Source of the DNA: Candidatus Latescibacterota bacterium | GTDB lineage: Bacteria; Latescibacterota; UBA2968; GCA-2709665 | Length of the DNA: 64,000 nucleotides | Direction of reading: 5' to 3' | NCBI GenBank assembly: GCA_965237675.1 | Contig: OZ250150.1 | Coordinates: 1,312,001-1,376,000 of the forward strand | Part shown: piece by piece, positions 62,668-64,000 of the stretch | Numbering within the stretch: position 1 is the first letter of the stretch | Layout: each line of letters opens with the position of its first letter | Translations under genes and position numbers: made by a program | The notes under the pieces: generated by a model | Told to the model about the DNA's origin: nothing | The model's input: the letters and a program-made list of their open reading frames with translations, nothing else | Databases searched by the model: none

Positions 62668-63654
62668 TCACCGCTTTTCCTCCGCCCGCTTCCTCATCGG
62701 ATCGTATCCGATGCTGAGCGGGAGTTCGATGAGTTCACGGGTGCGGGCGGATTCGTGCATGGCCATGAGGAGTTCGGTTGTGGCGCGGCCTTTTTCACCC
62801 GTGCTCCGGTGTTCGGGCCCGCCTTCGAGCCAGGCGATCATTTCACGTGTTTGTTCAAAGAAGCCGGGTTTGGGTTCCTCGCGAAAGCTTGTGATGCCAT
62901 TCTTGTCCGTGAGGACGACTTCGTCCAGGGCGGCGTCTATCGTTGCTTCGCTGCCCAGAACGCGAAAGCGGAACCCGTCTTTTGGTGTCTTTTCGCCCAT
63001 TTCGACGAGGGCGCGGGTCCCGGTCTTGAAAGCGACAAGCCCCATGCTGGATTCTTCGGCGGGCGATCCCTGGTACAGGGTGCCGCGTTTTCGGGAGGCC
63101 TGGCCCATCACCCAGTCCGCGTCCGGGTCGCCCAAAAGGTAGCGCATCATGTCGACGATGTGCGTGCCGTTGTCCACAAGGCAACTGGTGAGATAACTCC
63201 AGACGAGGCGCGGTTCTCCAACGGCGCCGTCCGCGATCAGGCGGCGCGCCTTGTCGAAGTTGGGGTTCTGGCGGTGGCGATGGGCAATGACCAGCCGCGT
63301 ATTGTTCTGCCGGCAGGCGTGGATCATGCCGTCGGCTTCGTCCAGGCTCAGGCACATGGGTTTTTCGCAGAGCACGGCTTTCGCGCCGGCATTCGTTGCG
63401 GCGATGGTCTGCTCGGCGTGGACCTTCGGGTAGGTGCACACGCTGACGAGATCGATGTCGTGCTCGTGCCTGAAGAGGTCCTGGTGGGACGCGTATCGAC
63501 CCGATATGTTGAATTGGTCGCAGGTTCTATTGAGGTTCTCCGGGTTGATGTCACAGGCGGCAACAAGCTGGACGCCGCCCTGTTCCAGGTAGGCCTTTGC
63601 ATGGCGGCCGGAGATGTTGCCGCAGCCGATGAGGGCCGCTCGGTAGGAGGGCAT
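62668..63654 (-). CDS. Gfo/Idh/MocA oxidoreductase
   Basis: ALIGCGNIS, LCEKP, DNGTHIVD. Confidence 0.9.
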   Translation of the reverse strand: MPSYRAALIGCGNISGRHAKAYLEQGGVQLVAACDINPENLNRTCDQFNISGRYASHQDLFRHEHDIDLVSVCTYPKVHAEQTIAATNAGAKAVLCEKPMCLSLDEADGMIHACRQNNTRLVIAHRHRQNPNFDKARRLIADGAVGEPRLVWSYLTSCLVDNGTHIVDMMRYLLGDPDADWVMGQASRKRGTLYQGSPAEESSMGLVAFKTGTRALVEMGEKTPKDGFRFRVLGSEATIDAALDEVVLTDKNGITSFREEPKPGFFEQTREMIAWLEGGPEHRSTGEKGRATTELLMAMHESARTRELIELPLSIGYDPMRKRAEEKR

Positions 63655-63728
63655 TGATGTCGCTCCGTATGACGGGGTTGGACGATGGGCCTGCGAGAAT
63701 CGGCGCCGTACGGTTCAAACGCCGGAGA

Positions 63729-64000
63729 TCAGGGAGTCCAGGATTTCGCGCATTCGGCGTATTCTCGCGCCTGTGCGGGGATATCCACGCCGACCTCCTC
63801 CGACCAGGCTTCGATGAGACGTCGATACACGGGGCCGGGACGGCCCGAGCCGACCGGCTGGAAGTTGAAGCGGGTGATGGGAATCATGCAGATGGTGGTC
63901 GACGTGTACCAGGCTTCTTCGGCGTCGCGGACATCGTAGGGTTCGATATTGGCTTCCCGGACTGGGATGTCCAGCTTTTCGGCCAGTTCCATGCACGCCT
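63729..64000 (-). CDS. Class IV aminotransferase (branched-chain/D-amino acid type), C-terminal part only
   Basis: V.ELAEKL.IPV.E, AEEAWYTST, PI, G.GRPGPV...LI.AW; runs off the window. Confidence 0.8.
   Translation of the reverse strand, partial: ACMELAEKLDIPVREANIEPYDVRDAEEAWYTSTTICMIPITRFNFQPVGSGRPGPVYRRLIEAWSEEVGVDIPAQAREYAECAKSWTP

Overview
GC-rich bacterial chromosome segment; the gene content suggests an FCB-type lineage such as Latescibacteria or Gemmatimonadota, but this is only an inference. Positions 1-16.6 kb hold housekeeping genes (mfd, surA, nrnA, argF, tmk, ctpA, larE, def, pncB, moaD, moaE) plus a collapsed ftsE/envC relic. Positions 16.8-27.6 kb hold catabolic enzymes. Positions 27.7-57.8 kb form a sigma54-type locus: an NtrC-like regulator and kinase, six MacB/FtsX-type permease paralogs (two split by different IS630 elements at CTAG), an ECF sigma factor, one periplasmic adaptor and one ABC ATPase. 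A 40-bp enhancer plus -24/-12 promoter module occurs three times in this locus. The most notable observations are: (1) a four-helix-bundle gene in a heptamer-repeat-bracketed cassette, with internally deleted MITE-like copies that keep an in-frame 19-codon mini-ORF; (2) a tandem PhyH-like dioxygenase gene whose frame runs through an in-frame TGA (selenocysteine/readthrough candidate or nonsense allele); (3) signs of recombination among the permease paralogs; (4) a riboswitch-like leader before an MFS gene; (5) an unannotated 40-aa lipoprotein-like ORF. No rRNA, tRNA or CRISPR array was seen. All alignments and coordinates were read by eye.
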